Assembly (NCBI GenBank): GCA_035503395.1
Contig: DATJTM010000487.1
Location: forward strand, 1-46,877
DNA: 46,877 nt
Reading direction: 5' to 3'
Origin: Luteitalea sp.
Lineage (GTDB): Bacteria > Acidobacteriota > Vicinamibacteria > Vicinamibacterales > Vicinamibacteraceae
Under the pieces are notes generated by a model. The model did not search any database. It saw nothing but the letters and a program-made list of their open reading frames with translations, and was not told the DNA's origin. Positions within the stretch are counted from its first letter, which is position 1; each line of letters begins with the position of its first letter. Positions 1-9,664 of this stretch are shown piece after piece. A program made the translations under genes and the position numbers.

Positions 1-71
1 GGTGGTGGGATGCGACCCTCGAACTGAAGTGCGACGGCGACGTCCGGTGGGGGATCGCGGGTGTCGGGCTG

Positions 72-3000
72 TCAGCGGATCTCTGTGCGGGCGGTGAGGG
101 CGGCGCAGACCGACAACAGTTCGTGTGCTTCGAGGGGCTTGGAGACGTGCATGTCGAAGCCGGCCTGCAACGCGCGGCGACGATCCTCCGGCCGCGCGAA
201 GGCCGTCAGCGCCACCGCCGCCGTCGCGCCGCCTCGATCGGGCGGCAGCGCACGCAACGCCGACACGAACTCGTAGCCGTCCATCCCTGGCATGCCGATG
301 TCGCAGACGACCAGCGCCATGCGCTCGGTCGACAGCCGCGCCAGGCCTTCACTGGCCGAGGCCACGCTGGTGACGCGCACACCGGCGTCGCTGAGCACGC
401 GGGCGATCAATTCCCGCGCATCGGCGTCATCGTCGATCACCAGCACCGGCACACCGTGCAATGCGGCCGGCGGACGTTCGATCGATGCGGTCGCGGGCTC
501 GTCGAGCGTCGACGATCCGACCTCCAGGCTCCGCGGATCGTCGCTGCTCACGAGCGGCAGACGCACGATGAACGTCGCGCCCTGATCCTGGCCGGCACTC
601 TCGGCGCGAATCGACCCGCCGTGCAGTTCCACCAGGTTGCGGACGATCGACAGTCCCAACCCGAGCCCGCCGACCCGACGTGTGGACGAGGCATCGGCCT
701 GCCGGAAGCGCTCGAAGACGTGCGGCAGGAAGTCGGCCCGGATGCCTTCGCCAGTGTCGACGACCTTCAGTTCGGCGTGCAGGTCGTGCTCGGTGACCTC
801 GACGCGCACCAGACCATCGCGTGGCGTGAACTTGATCGCATTGACGAGCAGGTTCCAGATCACCTGCTGCAGGCGACTGGCATCACCCATCACCATCGTC
901 GGTGACGAGGACGCGGGCGCTTCGAGGCGCACGCCACGTGCGTCAGCGGTCGGCTGCACCGTCTCGATCGCCGCGCGCACGACCTCGGCGAGCGCCACTG
1001 GCCGGCGCTCGAGCCGCAGCTTGCCCGAGATGATGCGGCTCATGTCGAGCAGGTCGTCGACGATCTGCGCCTGGGCCCGTGCATTGCGAGCGATCACCGC
1101 CAGACCATCGTCGAGAGACCGCCCGGCGGCGGCTTCGAGGCCCAGGAGTTGCGTCCAGCCGAGGATGGCGTTGAGCGGCGTCCGCAGTTCGTGCGAGAGC
1201 GTTGCGAGGAATTCGTCCTTCAGGCGAGCGTTGCGCTCGGCCTCGGCGCGCGCCGCCCGCTCGGAGTCGAGCAGTTCAGCCAGCCGATCGGCCGTGCGCT
1301 TGCGCGCGGTGACGTCGGCCACCATGCCCGTCACGCTCACCGTCCCGTCGTCGCGATTGACGACGGAGGTGCCGCGGTCTTCGAGCCATGCCGCGGCGCC
1401 GTCGACCGGCCGGGTGATGCGGAACTGACTGACGTACGCGCCGCGCCGGGTGGCCGCATCGCTCACGAGCCCGATGTGCCCGTCGCGGTCGTCCGGATGA
1501 ATCAGCGGCAACACGTCGGCCGACGATTGCAGCGTCTGCCCCTCACGGAGGCCGAACACGTCAGCGAGGTTGCGCGACATGCCGATGTGGTCCGCCACCG
1601 GGTCCCACTCCCACAACGCGATGCGCGCCTCGCGGAGCGCCTCGTCGAGCAGGTGCTGGGTGACCTCCAGCGCACTCGCAAAGGCCGCACGCTCGACCTG
1701 TGCCCGCACGCGGACGCGCAGTTCGCGGGCACTGAACGGTTTCACCAGGTAGTCGTCGGCGCCAGCTTCGATCGCGTCGACCGTCGCCTCGTCGCCAGCC
1801 CTGGCCGACACCAGGATGATCGGGACGCGGCGCAGCCCATCGTCGGCCCGTAGCTCCCGCATCAATCCGAGGCCATCCAGCTTCGGCATCATGATGTCGC
1901 TCACCACCAGCGCGGGGCGACGCTGCTTCGCGAGGTCGAGCGCCGCTTCGCCGTCGGGCGCCAGGATCACGTCGTAGTCGGGCGCCAGCAGCCGGCCGAT
2001 GTACGCACGCATGTCGGCGTTGTCGTCCGCCACCAGCACGCGAGGCCGCTCCGCTCCCGTGACGTCGGCAGCGCGCGACGTCTCGGTCATCACCGGCAAC
2101 GACGAGAACGACGTGCGCTCGTCGTCGCCGGGCAGCCAGCGCATCGCCTCCTCGACGTAGCCGCTGGCCCGACCGTCGCCGGTAAGGCTGCTTGCCGCGT
2201 CGACCGATCGTCCGAGCAGCTGCGGGTCGCCAAGCGGCACTTCAACCGTGAAGGTGCTGCCGCGTCCTTCCTCGCTGACGACGCTCACGGTGCCGCCGTG
2301 CAATCGCACCAGTTCCTGCACCAGGGCCAGGCCGATGCCCGTGCCTTCGTGGCTGCGTCCACGCGAGCCCTCGATGCGTCGGAAGCGCTCGAAGACGCGC
2401 TCGACGTCAGCGGCGGGGATGCCGACACCCGTGTCGGCGACCGTCAGCACCGCGCGGCCGTCACGTTCCTCGAGCCGGACGAGCACCTGGCCGGCCAGCG
2501 TGAACTTGAACGCGTTGGCGACCAGGTTGAGGACGACCTTCTCCCACATCTCCGCGTCGACCAGCGCCAGCCGCGAGAACGGCCGGCAGTCGATCACATA
2601 GGTCAGCTCCGCCTTCTCCATCGCGGAGCGAAAGGCACTTGCGATGTCGAGCGTGAGCCGCGGCAGGTCGATCGGCTGGTACTGCGCCTGGACCCGACCG
2701 GCCTCGATGCGCGAGAAGTCGAGGAGCGCGTTCACCAGCTTCAACAGGCGCAGGCTGTTGCGCTGCAGCAGCGTGAGGCGTTCGTGCTGGGCCGACCCCG
2801 ACTCGGCGTCGCGAATCAGGTCCTCCACCGGCCCGAGCATCAACGTGAGCGGCGTGCGGAACTCGTGACTGACATTGGAGAAGAACGTCGTCTTGGCCCG
2901 ATCGATCTCGGCCAGCGCTTCTGCCCGTCGGCGCTCGGCCTCGTACGCACGGGCACTCGCCACCGCGGCAGCGATCTGGCCAACGAGGAGTTCGAGGAAA

Positions 3001-3923
3001 CTGCGGTAGGCCTGGTCGAAGGGCCGCGTCGGATTGAGTCCGGCGACGAACACCCCGACCGGCCGCGCCTGCCCGGCCTGCGCCAGCGGCAGCACGATGG
3101 CCTGGGTCGGCCGGCCGGGCCACGGACTCGCGCCCTCCCACGCCTCTTCGCCGACGATGCCGAGGTCGACCTGGCGGACGTGACCAGCCAGCGCGTCGAA
3201 CAGCGGCCAGGGCGTGGTGTCCCGCGGCCCGACACTGTCCGGCGCGAGCGCGTGGTCGACGCGCACGCCGGTGCGCGTCCGGCGCGCGCAACACGCGCCG
3301 TCCTCGTTCACGAGGTACGTCAGCGAGAACGGCACGTCACGCGGATCGCGCGCGAGGCTGCGTTCGACGGCGGCAAACACGTCGGCCTCGGTGTGAGCCT
3401 CCGCCAGGCCACCCGCCAGTTCTCGCAGCGTGGCCAGGCGCCGCTCACCGATCTGCCGCTCGGTCTCCTCGGTGACCACGCACAGCATCCCGGCGATGAT
3501 GCCGTCGTCATCGTGCAGCGGACTGTAGGAGAACGTGTGGAACGTCTCCTCGAGATAGCCGCTGCGCACGAGGAACAGGCGCAGGCCTTCGTCCCACGTC
3601 GCCTCACCGGTGGTGAAGACATGGTCGATGCGTGGGCCGATGTCGGGCCAGATCTCGGCCCAGACCTTGCGCGCACTCGCGCCCAGCGCCCACGGCTGCT
3701 TCACCCCGAGCGTCGGACGGTAGGCGTCGTTGCAGAAGAACGTGAGGTCGGGCCCCCAGCACATCCACATCGCGTAGCGAGACGTGAGGACGATGCGGAT
3801 GGCGGTGCGCAGGCTCTGAGGCCAGCCATCGACCGGGCCGACGGACGTCTCGGCCCACGGGTGGGCACGCATGGCGGCGGCCATGGTGCCGCCCGTGTCG
3901 AAGAGATCGTCGCTGTGCGCCAC
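72..3923 (-). CDS. Multi-domain hybrid sensor histidine kinase (PAS-like/GAF-HisKA-HATPase-REC-PAS-HisKA-HATPase-REC)
   Basis: Two H-boxes (SHEFRTPL, SHELRTPL), two N/G-box sets (NLVANAFKFT/GTGIGL, NLLVNAIKFT/GLGLGL) and two receivers (VADDNADMR..DIMMP; VIDDDAD..DIGMP). GTG at 3923 chosen as start; the ORF is open to 3965. Confidence 0.93.
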   Translation of the reverse strand: MAHSDDLFDTGGTMAAAMRAHPWAETSVGPVDGWPQSLRTAIRIVLTSRYAMWMCWGPDLTFFCNDAYRPTLGVKQPWALGASARKVWAEIWPDIGPRIDHVFTTGEATWDEGLRLFLVRSGYLEETFHTFSYSPLHDDDGIIAGMLCVVTEETERQIGERRLATLRELAGGLAEAHTEADVFAAVERSLARDPRDVPFSLTYLVNEDGACCARRTRTGVRVDHALAPDSVGPRDTTPWPLFDALAGHVRQVDLGIVGEEAWEGASPWPGRPTQAIVLPLAQAGQARPVGVFVAGLNPTRPFDQAYRSFLELLVGQIAAAVASARAYEAERRRAEALAEIDRAKTTFFSNVSHEFRTPLTLMLGPVEDLIRDAESGSAQHERLTLLQRNSLRLLKLVNALLDFSRIEAGRVQAQYQPIDLPRLTLDIASAFRSAMEKAELTYVIDCRPFSRLALVDAEMWEKVVLNLVANAFKFTLAGQVLVRLEERDGRAVLTVADTGVGIPAADVERVFERFRRIEGSRGRSHEGTGIGLALVQELVRLHGGTVSVVSEEGRGSTFTVEVPLGDPQLLGRSVDAASSLTGDGRASGYVEEAMRWLPGDDERTSFSSLPVMTETSRAADVTGAERPRVLVADDNADMRAYIGRLLAPDYDVILAPDGEAALDLAKQRRPALVVSDIMMPKLDGLGLMRELRADDGLRRVPIILVSARAGDEATVDAIEAGADDYLVKPFSARELRVRVRAQVERAAFASALEVTQHLLDEALREARIALWEWDPVADHIGMSRNLADVFGLREGQTLQSSADVLPLIHPDDRDGHIGLVSDAATRRGAYVSQFRITRPVDGAAAWLEDRGTSVVNRDDGTVSVTGMVADVTARKRTADRLAELLDSERAARAEAERNARLKDEFLATLSHELRTPLNAILGWTQLLGLEAAAGRSLDDGLAVIARNARAQAQIVDDLLDMSRIISGKLRLERRPVALAEVVRAAIETVQPTADARGVRLEAPASSSPTMVMGDASRLQQVIWNLLVNAIKFTPRDGLVRVEVTEHDLHAELKVVDTGEGIRADFLPHVFERFRQADASSTRRVGGLGLGLSIVRNLVELHGGSIRAESAGQDQGATFIVRLPLVSSDDPRSLEVGSSTLDEPATASIERPPAALHGVPVLVIDDDADARELIARVLSDAGVRVTSVASASEGLARLSTERMALVVCDIGMPGMDGYEFVSALRALPPDRGGATAAVALTAFARPEDRRRALQAGFDMHVSKPLEAHELLSVCAALTARTEIR

Positions 3924-4149
3924 GCCAGGTTCAGGGCCAGGCGTCCTTGCCGCGCCGAAGCCCAAACGGCGAAGGCGGGCTGATCAGGGCGCGTGGGACG
4001 GACGAGAGTGTCCCGCGATCAGGTACCGCGTCAACACTTCGACCTGGTCACCAGCTCGACCTTGTACCCATCTGTCAGGTAACGAGACACATACATGTCC
4101 GCCAACGTCACCGAACTGTGCAAGAATCGAGCAGCGCCCCCTTCGGACC

Positions 4150-6144
4150 GTGTCCACGTTCGCGCCATTTCCGTTCTCGTTCACAGGCGGGCCTGATCGC
4201 CCGAGGGTCCTCATTGCGGAGGACGAAGGGCTGCTTGCCGAGGAGCTGAAACACCGGCTCACGCGGCTCGGTGCCGAGGTCGTCGGCACGGTCGCCACCG
4301 GCGAAGACGCCATCGCGCTCGCGGGCCTCACCGCCCCGCAGGTGGCGTTCATGGACATCCGCCTCAAGGGCGACATGGACGGCATCGAGGCCGCCGCGGC
4401 CATCGGCGATCGCTTCGAGGTGCCGGTGGTCTTCCTCACCGCGCATGCCGACGATGGGACCATCTCGCGCGCCAAGCGCGTCCGCCCGTACGGCTACCTG
4501 CTGAAACCGATCAACGAACGCGAGCTGAAGGTGACGCTCGCGATGGTGCTCCACAAGCACACCCTCGAGCGGCAACTGCGCACCAGCGAGATCCGCTACG
4601 AGACGACGCTCATGAGCATCGGCGACGGCGTCGTCGCCACCGATGCCGAAGGCAAGGTCACCTTCATCAACCCGGTGGCCGAGACGCTCACCCGCTGGCC
4701 ACACACCGAGGCGATGGGCCGGCCGGCCGGCGAGGTGTTCGTCCTCCGCAATGGCCAGACCGGCGAAGCGATTCCAGACCCGATCTCGCGTGCGCTGAAC
4801 GAGCAGGCCATCGTCCTGTTGCCGCCGCAGACGGTGCTCGTCTCGCGCGACGGCACGACGCTGCCGATCGACGACAGCGTGGCACCGATCCGCGATCACG
4901 ACGGCTCCGTGCGGGGCGCCGTCGCCGTCTTCCGCGTCGAGACGCAGGACGCACGGACGATGGAACGGCTTCGGCACGCCGAGGAACGGCTGCGTCAGGC
5001 GGAGAAGCTCGAAGCCCTCGGACGCCTGGCGGGCGGCGTGGCACACGACATCAACAACATGATGACGGTCATCGTCGGCTGCGCCGACCTGGTGCTGGAG
5101 AAGCTGCCGCCCACCGAGCCCAGTCGCGCGCTGCTGCGTGAGCTGAAGGCGGCCGCCGACCGCAGCACGTCGATGGTGCGGCAACTCCTGGCGTTCAGCC
5201 GCACGCAGGTCCTGTCGCCGGTGGTCCTCGACGTGCGCGACGTGGTCATCGACCTGCAGACGATGCTGCGCCGGCTGATCGAGTCGCACGTCGAGATCGT
5301 CTACACGCTGCGCGACGGCGCCACCCTGGTGCGGGCCGACCGCAGCCAGCTCGAACAGGTCCTCATCAACCTGGCGCTCAACGCCCGCGATGCGATGCCG
5401 CAGGGCGGCCGCCTGACGATCGAGTGCGGCAGCGTCGACGTCGACCCGACCTACGCGGTCGGCTCGCCTGAACTGGTGCCCGGGCCGTACGTGATGCTCT
5501 CTGTCGGCGACACCGGCTTCGGCATGGACCCGGTGACGCGGTCGCGCGTCTTCGAGCCGTTCTTCACGACCAAGGACGCCGGCAAGGGCACCGGGCTCGG
5601 CCTGGCGACGGTATATGGCGTCGTCAAGCAGTCGGGCGGCCATATCCACGTGTACAGCGAGATTGGCGAGGGGACGCTGTTCAAGGTCTACCTGCCACGC
5701 GAACAGGCTCCGCTGCTGCCCGAGCCGGTGCCACTGGCGGTCGAGGACACGGCGGCGCCGGGCGGCACCATCCTGCTCGTCGAGGACGAGGACGCGGTGC
5801 GGCAGCTGGTCGCCACCTACCTGACGACGGCCGGCTATACCGTACTCTCGGCGGCCGACGGACGCGAGGCGCTGCAGCGTCTCGACGTGGAACATCCGAC
5901 GGTCGATCTGCTGCTCACCGACGTGGTGATGCCCAACATGGGCGGCCGCGCCCTGGCCAGCGCGCTGCGCCCGCGCTTTCCAGCGATGCGCGTGCTGTTC
6001 ATGTCCGGCTACACCGAGGACCGCATCCTCCGGCAGGGCATCGCCCACGAGGACGTCGCGTACATCCAGAAGCCGTTCTCGGCGACTGGCCTGCTGGACC
6101 GCGTTCGCCAGACGCTCACCCAATCGCCGTCGCGCGACGCGTAA
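4150..6144 (+). CDS. Hybrid REC-PAS-HisKA-HATPase-REC signal transduction protein
   Basis: N-terminal receiver (LIAEDE..DIRLKG..YLLKP), PAS (SIGDGVVATD..FINPVAE), H-box AHDINNMM, FEPFFTTK/GTGLGL, C-terminal receiver (LLVEDE..DVVMP..QKPF). Start GTG 4150 inferred. Confidence 0.92.
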   Translation: MSTFAPFPFSFTGGPDRPRVLIAEDEGLLAEELKHRLTRLGAEVVGTVATGEDAIALAGLTAPQVAFMDIRLKGDMDGIEAAAAIGDRFEVPVVFLTAHADDGTISRAKRVRPYGYLLKPINERELKVTLAMVLHKHTLERQLRTSEIRYETTLMSIGDGVVATDAEGKVTFINPVAETLTRWPHTEAMGRPAGEVFVLRNGQTGEAIPDPISRALNEQAIVLLPPQTVLVSRDGTTLPIDDSVAPIRDHDGSVRGAVAVFRVETQDARTMERLRHAEERLRQAEKLEALGRLAGGVAHDINNMMTVIVGCADLVLEKLPPTEPSRALLRELKAAADRSTSMVRQLLAFSRTQVLSPVVLDVRDVVIDLQTMLRRLIESHVEIVYTLRDGATLVRADRSQLEQVLINLALNARDAMPQGGRLTIECGSVDVDPTYAVGSPELVPGPYVMLSVGDTGFGMDPVTRSRVFEPFFTTKDAGKGTGLGLATVYGVVKQSGGHIHVYSEIGEGTLFKVYLPREQAPLLPEPVPLAVEDTAAPGGTILLVEDEDAVRQLVATYLTTAGYTVLSAADGREALQRLDVEHPTVDLLLTDVVMPNMGGRALASALRPRFPAMRVLFMSGYTEDRILRQGIAHEDVAYIQKPFSATGLLDRVRQTLTQSPSRDA

Positions 6145-6159
6145 GCGGCCGCCGTCCTG

Positions 6160-6330
6160 ATCGAACGGCGCCGTTCGATGGGCACGTCGCCCTTCGACGA
6201 TGCTCAAGGCGTCCCGAGTGCAGTCGAGGGACGGGGACATGCCGCTACCCGCCAGATCCAGAACGGCGACTGACTTCGGTCGCCGGGGTGTGCATATCCA
6301 TCTGGTCAGGGGCGCCTCCCCGAGGCGCCC
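6160..6330. repeat. Palindromes/hairpins between convergent kinase genes
   Basis: Perfect 20-bp palindrome ATCGAACGGCGCCGTTCGAT (6160-6179), a cUUCGg hairpin near 6265-6286 and a REP-like GGGCGCCTC-CCC-GAGGCGCCC hairpin (about 6309-6330). Confidence 0.6.
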
Positions 6331-6347
6331 GTCCGCGATCTGGTTCC

Positions 6348-8657
6348 CTAGAGCGGGAACTGCAATGTGGCCCGCGTTCCGGCCTCCGTGCGCACGATGT
6401 CGCAGGTGCCGTCGATCTGGCTGGCCAATGTGCGAATCAGCAGCATGCCGAGCGAGCGTCCCCCCGCGAGGTCGGCGCCCTGGATCCCGACGCCGTCGTC
6501 CTCCACCACGAGCTCACACGAACGTTCCTGCGGCCGCACCGCGATCGTGACCTGCCCCTCACCTCGGCCCGGGTAGGCGTGCTTGAGGGCATTGGTCAGC
6601 AGTTCGTTGAGGATGAGCGCACAGGGCACCGCCTTGTCGATGCCGAGCGCCACCGGGGCGAGGTCGAACACGGCCTGGATGCGGACGCCGGTGCTCATGC
6701 CCTGCAGCAGCGCAGTGCTCAGCTGACGCACGTACTCGGAGAAGTCGATCGCCGCCAGGTTGCTGGTCCGGTACAACTGCTCGTGCACGAGCGCCATCGA
6801 CTGGACGCGGTTGCGGCAGTCTTCGAGCAGCGTGACCACGCTCGCGTCGTCGGTGATGGTGGACTGGAGATACAGCAGGCTCGAGATCACCGCCAGGTTG
6901 TTCTTGACGCGGTGGTGAATCTCCTTGAGCAGCACTTCCTTCTCCCGCAGTGACTCGAGGATCTGCTCCTCGTCCTGCTTGCGCGGCGTGATGTCGTGCA
7001 TCGTGCCCATCATCCGCACGGCGGCCCCCGCCGCGTCGCGCTCGTAGACGCGCCCGTGCGAGTTCACCCACAGCACGGTGCCGTCGTCGCTCCGCACGGC
7101 CTTGTAGTCGACGTCGTAGGGCTGGTCGTCGGATTCGAGCGAATGCTGGAGCCGATCGAGGACGCGCGCGCGGCTGTCGGCATGCAGCGTGGCCGCCCAG
7201 ACGTCGTCGACGTGGCCGATTCGCTCGAGCGGCCCGAGGCCCATCAGCGCGGCGTAGCGCGCGTCGACGTAGACCTGCCCGGTCTTGACGTTCCAGTCCC
7301 AGAGGCCGTGCTGTGCGTTGTCGAGCACGAGTTGCAGCCGCGCCTGGCTCGCCTCGAGCGCCAGCGTCGCCAGTTTCCGATCGGTGATGACCTCGGTGAG
7401 CATGATGACGCCGCCGATCGCGCCGGCATCGTCGTACCACGGGCGCACTTCCCAGCGAATCCATTCCGCCTTGCCATCGTGACGGGTGAAGCGCTCCTCC
7501 TCGCGCTGCTCGACGGCGCCGCGCAGGGCCCGCTGGTGGATGTCGTGCCACTGCGTCATGGCGCGAATCTCCGGAAACACGTCGTAGTGGTGCTGGCCCT
7601 TGAGGTCGCGCGCGCCGAGCCGGTAGTCCTGCACCCAACGGCGGCTCCAGGCGAGATAGCGCAGGTCGCGATCGAACATGGCGACCGCTGCCGGCGCATG
7701 CTCGACGAATGCGCTCAACAGGCCGTAACTGGTAGCGGCGTCGGCCCGCAGTTGTTCGAGGGTGCGGGCCGTCGCTTCCGACGCGAGCAGACGTTCCTGC
7801 GACCGCTGCGCTTCCCGCATCGCATAGAAGACCAGCGTCCCAATCAGCACCGACAGCGCCGTCGCGAGCGCCAGCACCAGGCGCGGGCCGCGAGGCTGGC
7901 CCTCAGCCAGCCACACTTCGAGCAGCAGGACCAGCAGCACGAGGACCGAGACGCCGGCGCCGAGCGGCGCCCACATCGGCAGCGGTCGCCGGCCCGGCCC
8001 GGGCCAGCCGGTCACGACCAGCGCCCAGGCCGTGAGCAGCATCGCGACCGACGTGTGGATGGCGAGCCCGGCGATGGCCGAGAAGGGCTCGATGGTGGCT
8101 ACGCCCAGCGCGGCATTGAGCAGGCTCGCGATCGCTCCGGCGCTGAGTGCGAGGGCGGCAACGCCGAACGTCGGCCCGCGATGCCGCGTCGGCGCCGTCA
8201 CGAAGGCGACGCCGAGCACGGTCCATCCGATCGCGGCCAGCATGGCGAGCCGGCCGGCCGGCAGGCCCGGTGTCTGGACGAACGGCGCCACCAACAACGT
8301 GTCGATGCCCAGCGGCCTGCCCAGGAGATGCTCGGCAAGCGTAACGACACCAATCACGATGAGCGGCACGCCGGTCAGCACCGCCAGCCGATTCCACTGC
8401 CGCGTCGCCGCCCAGAGCCCGAGTCCAGAAAGCACGAGGCCGATCGCGGAGTTGGGCTGCATCGGAGGCAGTGCCGGATGCAGCCGGACCAGCAACGCCG
8501 ACTCGACCACCCAGCCGGCGAGCACGGTCACGCCGGTGAGCAGGATCAGGATGGCGACGACGATCACCGACGATGGCGGCGGATCGGGGACGATCGCCGG
8601 CGGCGCGACGATCCGCACGGCGCCGGACCCTGGCCCATCGATGCGGGTGATGTCCAC
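6348..8657 (-). CDS. Membrane-bound PAS-PAS sensor histidine kinase, HisKA_2 type
   Basis: Multiple N-terminal TM segments, two PAS domains, H-box EIHHRVKNNL, NELLTNALKHAY, EDDGVG, SLGMLLI. Start GTG 8657; the upstream ORF extension overlaps the next gene. Confidence 0.9.
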   Translation of the reverse strand: MDITRIDGPGSGAVRIVAPPAIVPDPPPSSVIVVAILILLTGVTVLAGWVVESALLVRLHPALPPMQPNSAIGLVLSGLGLWAATRQWNRLAVLTGVPLIVIGVVTLAEHLLGRPLGIDTLLVAPFVQTPGLPAGRLAMLAAIGWTVLGVAFVTAPTRHRGPTFGVAALALSAGAIASLLNAALGVATIEPFSAIAGLAIHTSVAMLLTAWALVVTGWPGPGRRPLPMWAPLGAGVSVLVLLVLLLEVWLAEGQPRGPRLVLALATALSVLIGTLVFYAMREAQRSQERLLASEATARTLEQLRADAATSYGLLSAFVEHAPAAVAMFDRDLRYLAWSRRWVQDYRLGARDLKGQHHYDVFPEIRAMTQWHDIHQRALRGAVEQREEERFTRHDGKAEWIRWEVRPWYDDAGAIGGVIMLTEVITDRKLATLALEASQARLQLVLDNAQHGLWDWNVKTGQVYVDARYAALMGLGPLERIGHVDDVWAATLHADSRARVLDRLQHSLESDDQPYDVDYKAVRSDDGTVLWVNSHGRVYERDAAGAAVRMMGTMHDITPRKQDEEQILESLREKEVLLKEIHHRVKNNLAVISSLLYLQSTITDDASVVTLLEDCRNRVQSMALVHEQLYRTSNLAAIDFSEYVRQLSTALLQGMSTGVRIQAVFDLAPVALGIDKAVPCALILNELLTNALKHAYPGRGEGQVTIAVRPQERSCELVVEDDGVGIQGADLAGGRSLGMLLIRTLASQIDGTCDIVRTEAGTRATLQFPL

Positions 8658-8664
8658 GGCCGTC

Positions 8665-9501
8665 TCAGGGTGCCGTCGGGCGATCGGCGCGGGCGGCGAC
8701 GACCGCGGCGACGTCGCCGACAGGCGCCAGCCAGATGCCGTTGGCCGGATTGGCGGCGTAGGCGAGCAACTCGTCGAGCATGGCGACACGCGTCGTCTGA
8801 CGCCCGTCGGCGCCAATCTCGTGGCCGGCCAGCACCAGCCACGCGCCGCGGGCGCGCGCGTCGTCGAGCAGCGACTTGATCTGCGCGAAGTCCTTGCCGT
8901 CCATCTCGACGCCCAGCGTCTGCGCCAGATCGACGAACGCGGGGTCGTTGGCAGCCTCGTCGAGCCAGCCGCGACCAGCGAGGAACAGTTCGGCGACGAC
9001 CGGGACGTAACTGCGCGTCTCGCGCCCACGGCCGACGAACGTCTGGCCACACGGATAGGCGAAGGTGCGCGGTCGGACACCGAGCAGCGCCTCGATGCGC
9101 CCGTTGGCCTCGACGAGTTCCGCACGCATGCGCTCGATCGTGTGCGCCTCGAGGGCCTTCTCACGCGCGAACGGGAAGTTGCCGCTGCACGAATGAGTCA
9201 GCGAATGGTTGCCGATCTCGTGCCCGGCGGCGGCCGCCTGCTTCCAGCCGTCGACCCGGCGCTCCACGGCCGACGGCACGACGAAGAGCGTGACGCGACT
9301 GCGGTGGCGCGCAAAGACCGGCAGGCCCGCCGTGACCTGGCTTTCTCGCCCATCGTCGAAGCTGAGGCTGAGCGCCATGCGCGCCCCGCCGGGCCAGCCG
9401 GGCGCGGTGGCAGGCGACTGCATCGACGCCGTGGGTGAGGCGAGTGGTGACACGGCCAGCGTGGTCCACGCCACGAGCGCGAGGGCAAAGGCGATACGCA
9501 T
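8665..9501 (-). CDS. Secreted polysaccharide deacetylase (CE4/NodB-like)
   Basis: Signal peptide MRIAFALALVAW; motifs LSFDDG, HEIGNHSLTH, FAYPCG, LAGH. Confidence 0.88.
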   Translation of the reverse strand: MRIAFALALVAWTTLAVSPLASPTASMQSPATAPGWPGGARMALSLSFDDGRESQVTAGLPVFARHRSRVTLFVVPSAVERRVDGWKQAAAAGHEIGNHSLTHSCSGNFPFAREKALEAHTIERMRAELVEANGRIEALLGVRPRTFAYPCGQTFVGRGRETRSYVPVVAELFLAGRGWLDEAANDPAFVDLAQTLGVEMDGKDFAQIKSLLDDARARGAWLVLAGHEIGADGRQTTRVAMLDELLAYAANPANGIWLAPVGDVAAVVAARADRPTAP

Positions 9502-9664
9502 GCGGAGGCTCCGGCGCCATGATGCCGGTCGTCGGGCCGGCTGTCCACGACGAGCAGTCTTTCGCCTACACTTGGGCTCTCGTTGCCGATCCTGCCGCGG
9601 TGCCGGACCATCGTCCACGCGCGCCCTTCGCGCGTCGGGCTGCAGCGAACGGGGTGAATTCGAC

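Noticed and set aside
8658-9164. N-terminal extension of the HisKA_2 kinase, or a fusion/frameshift with the deacetylase
   Set aside because: The extension is an off-frame reading of the intact deacetylase gene; both genes have their own plausible starts and stops.
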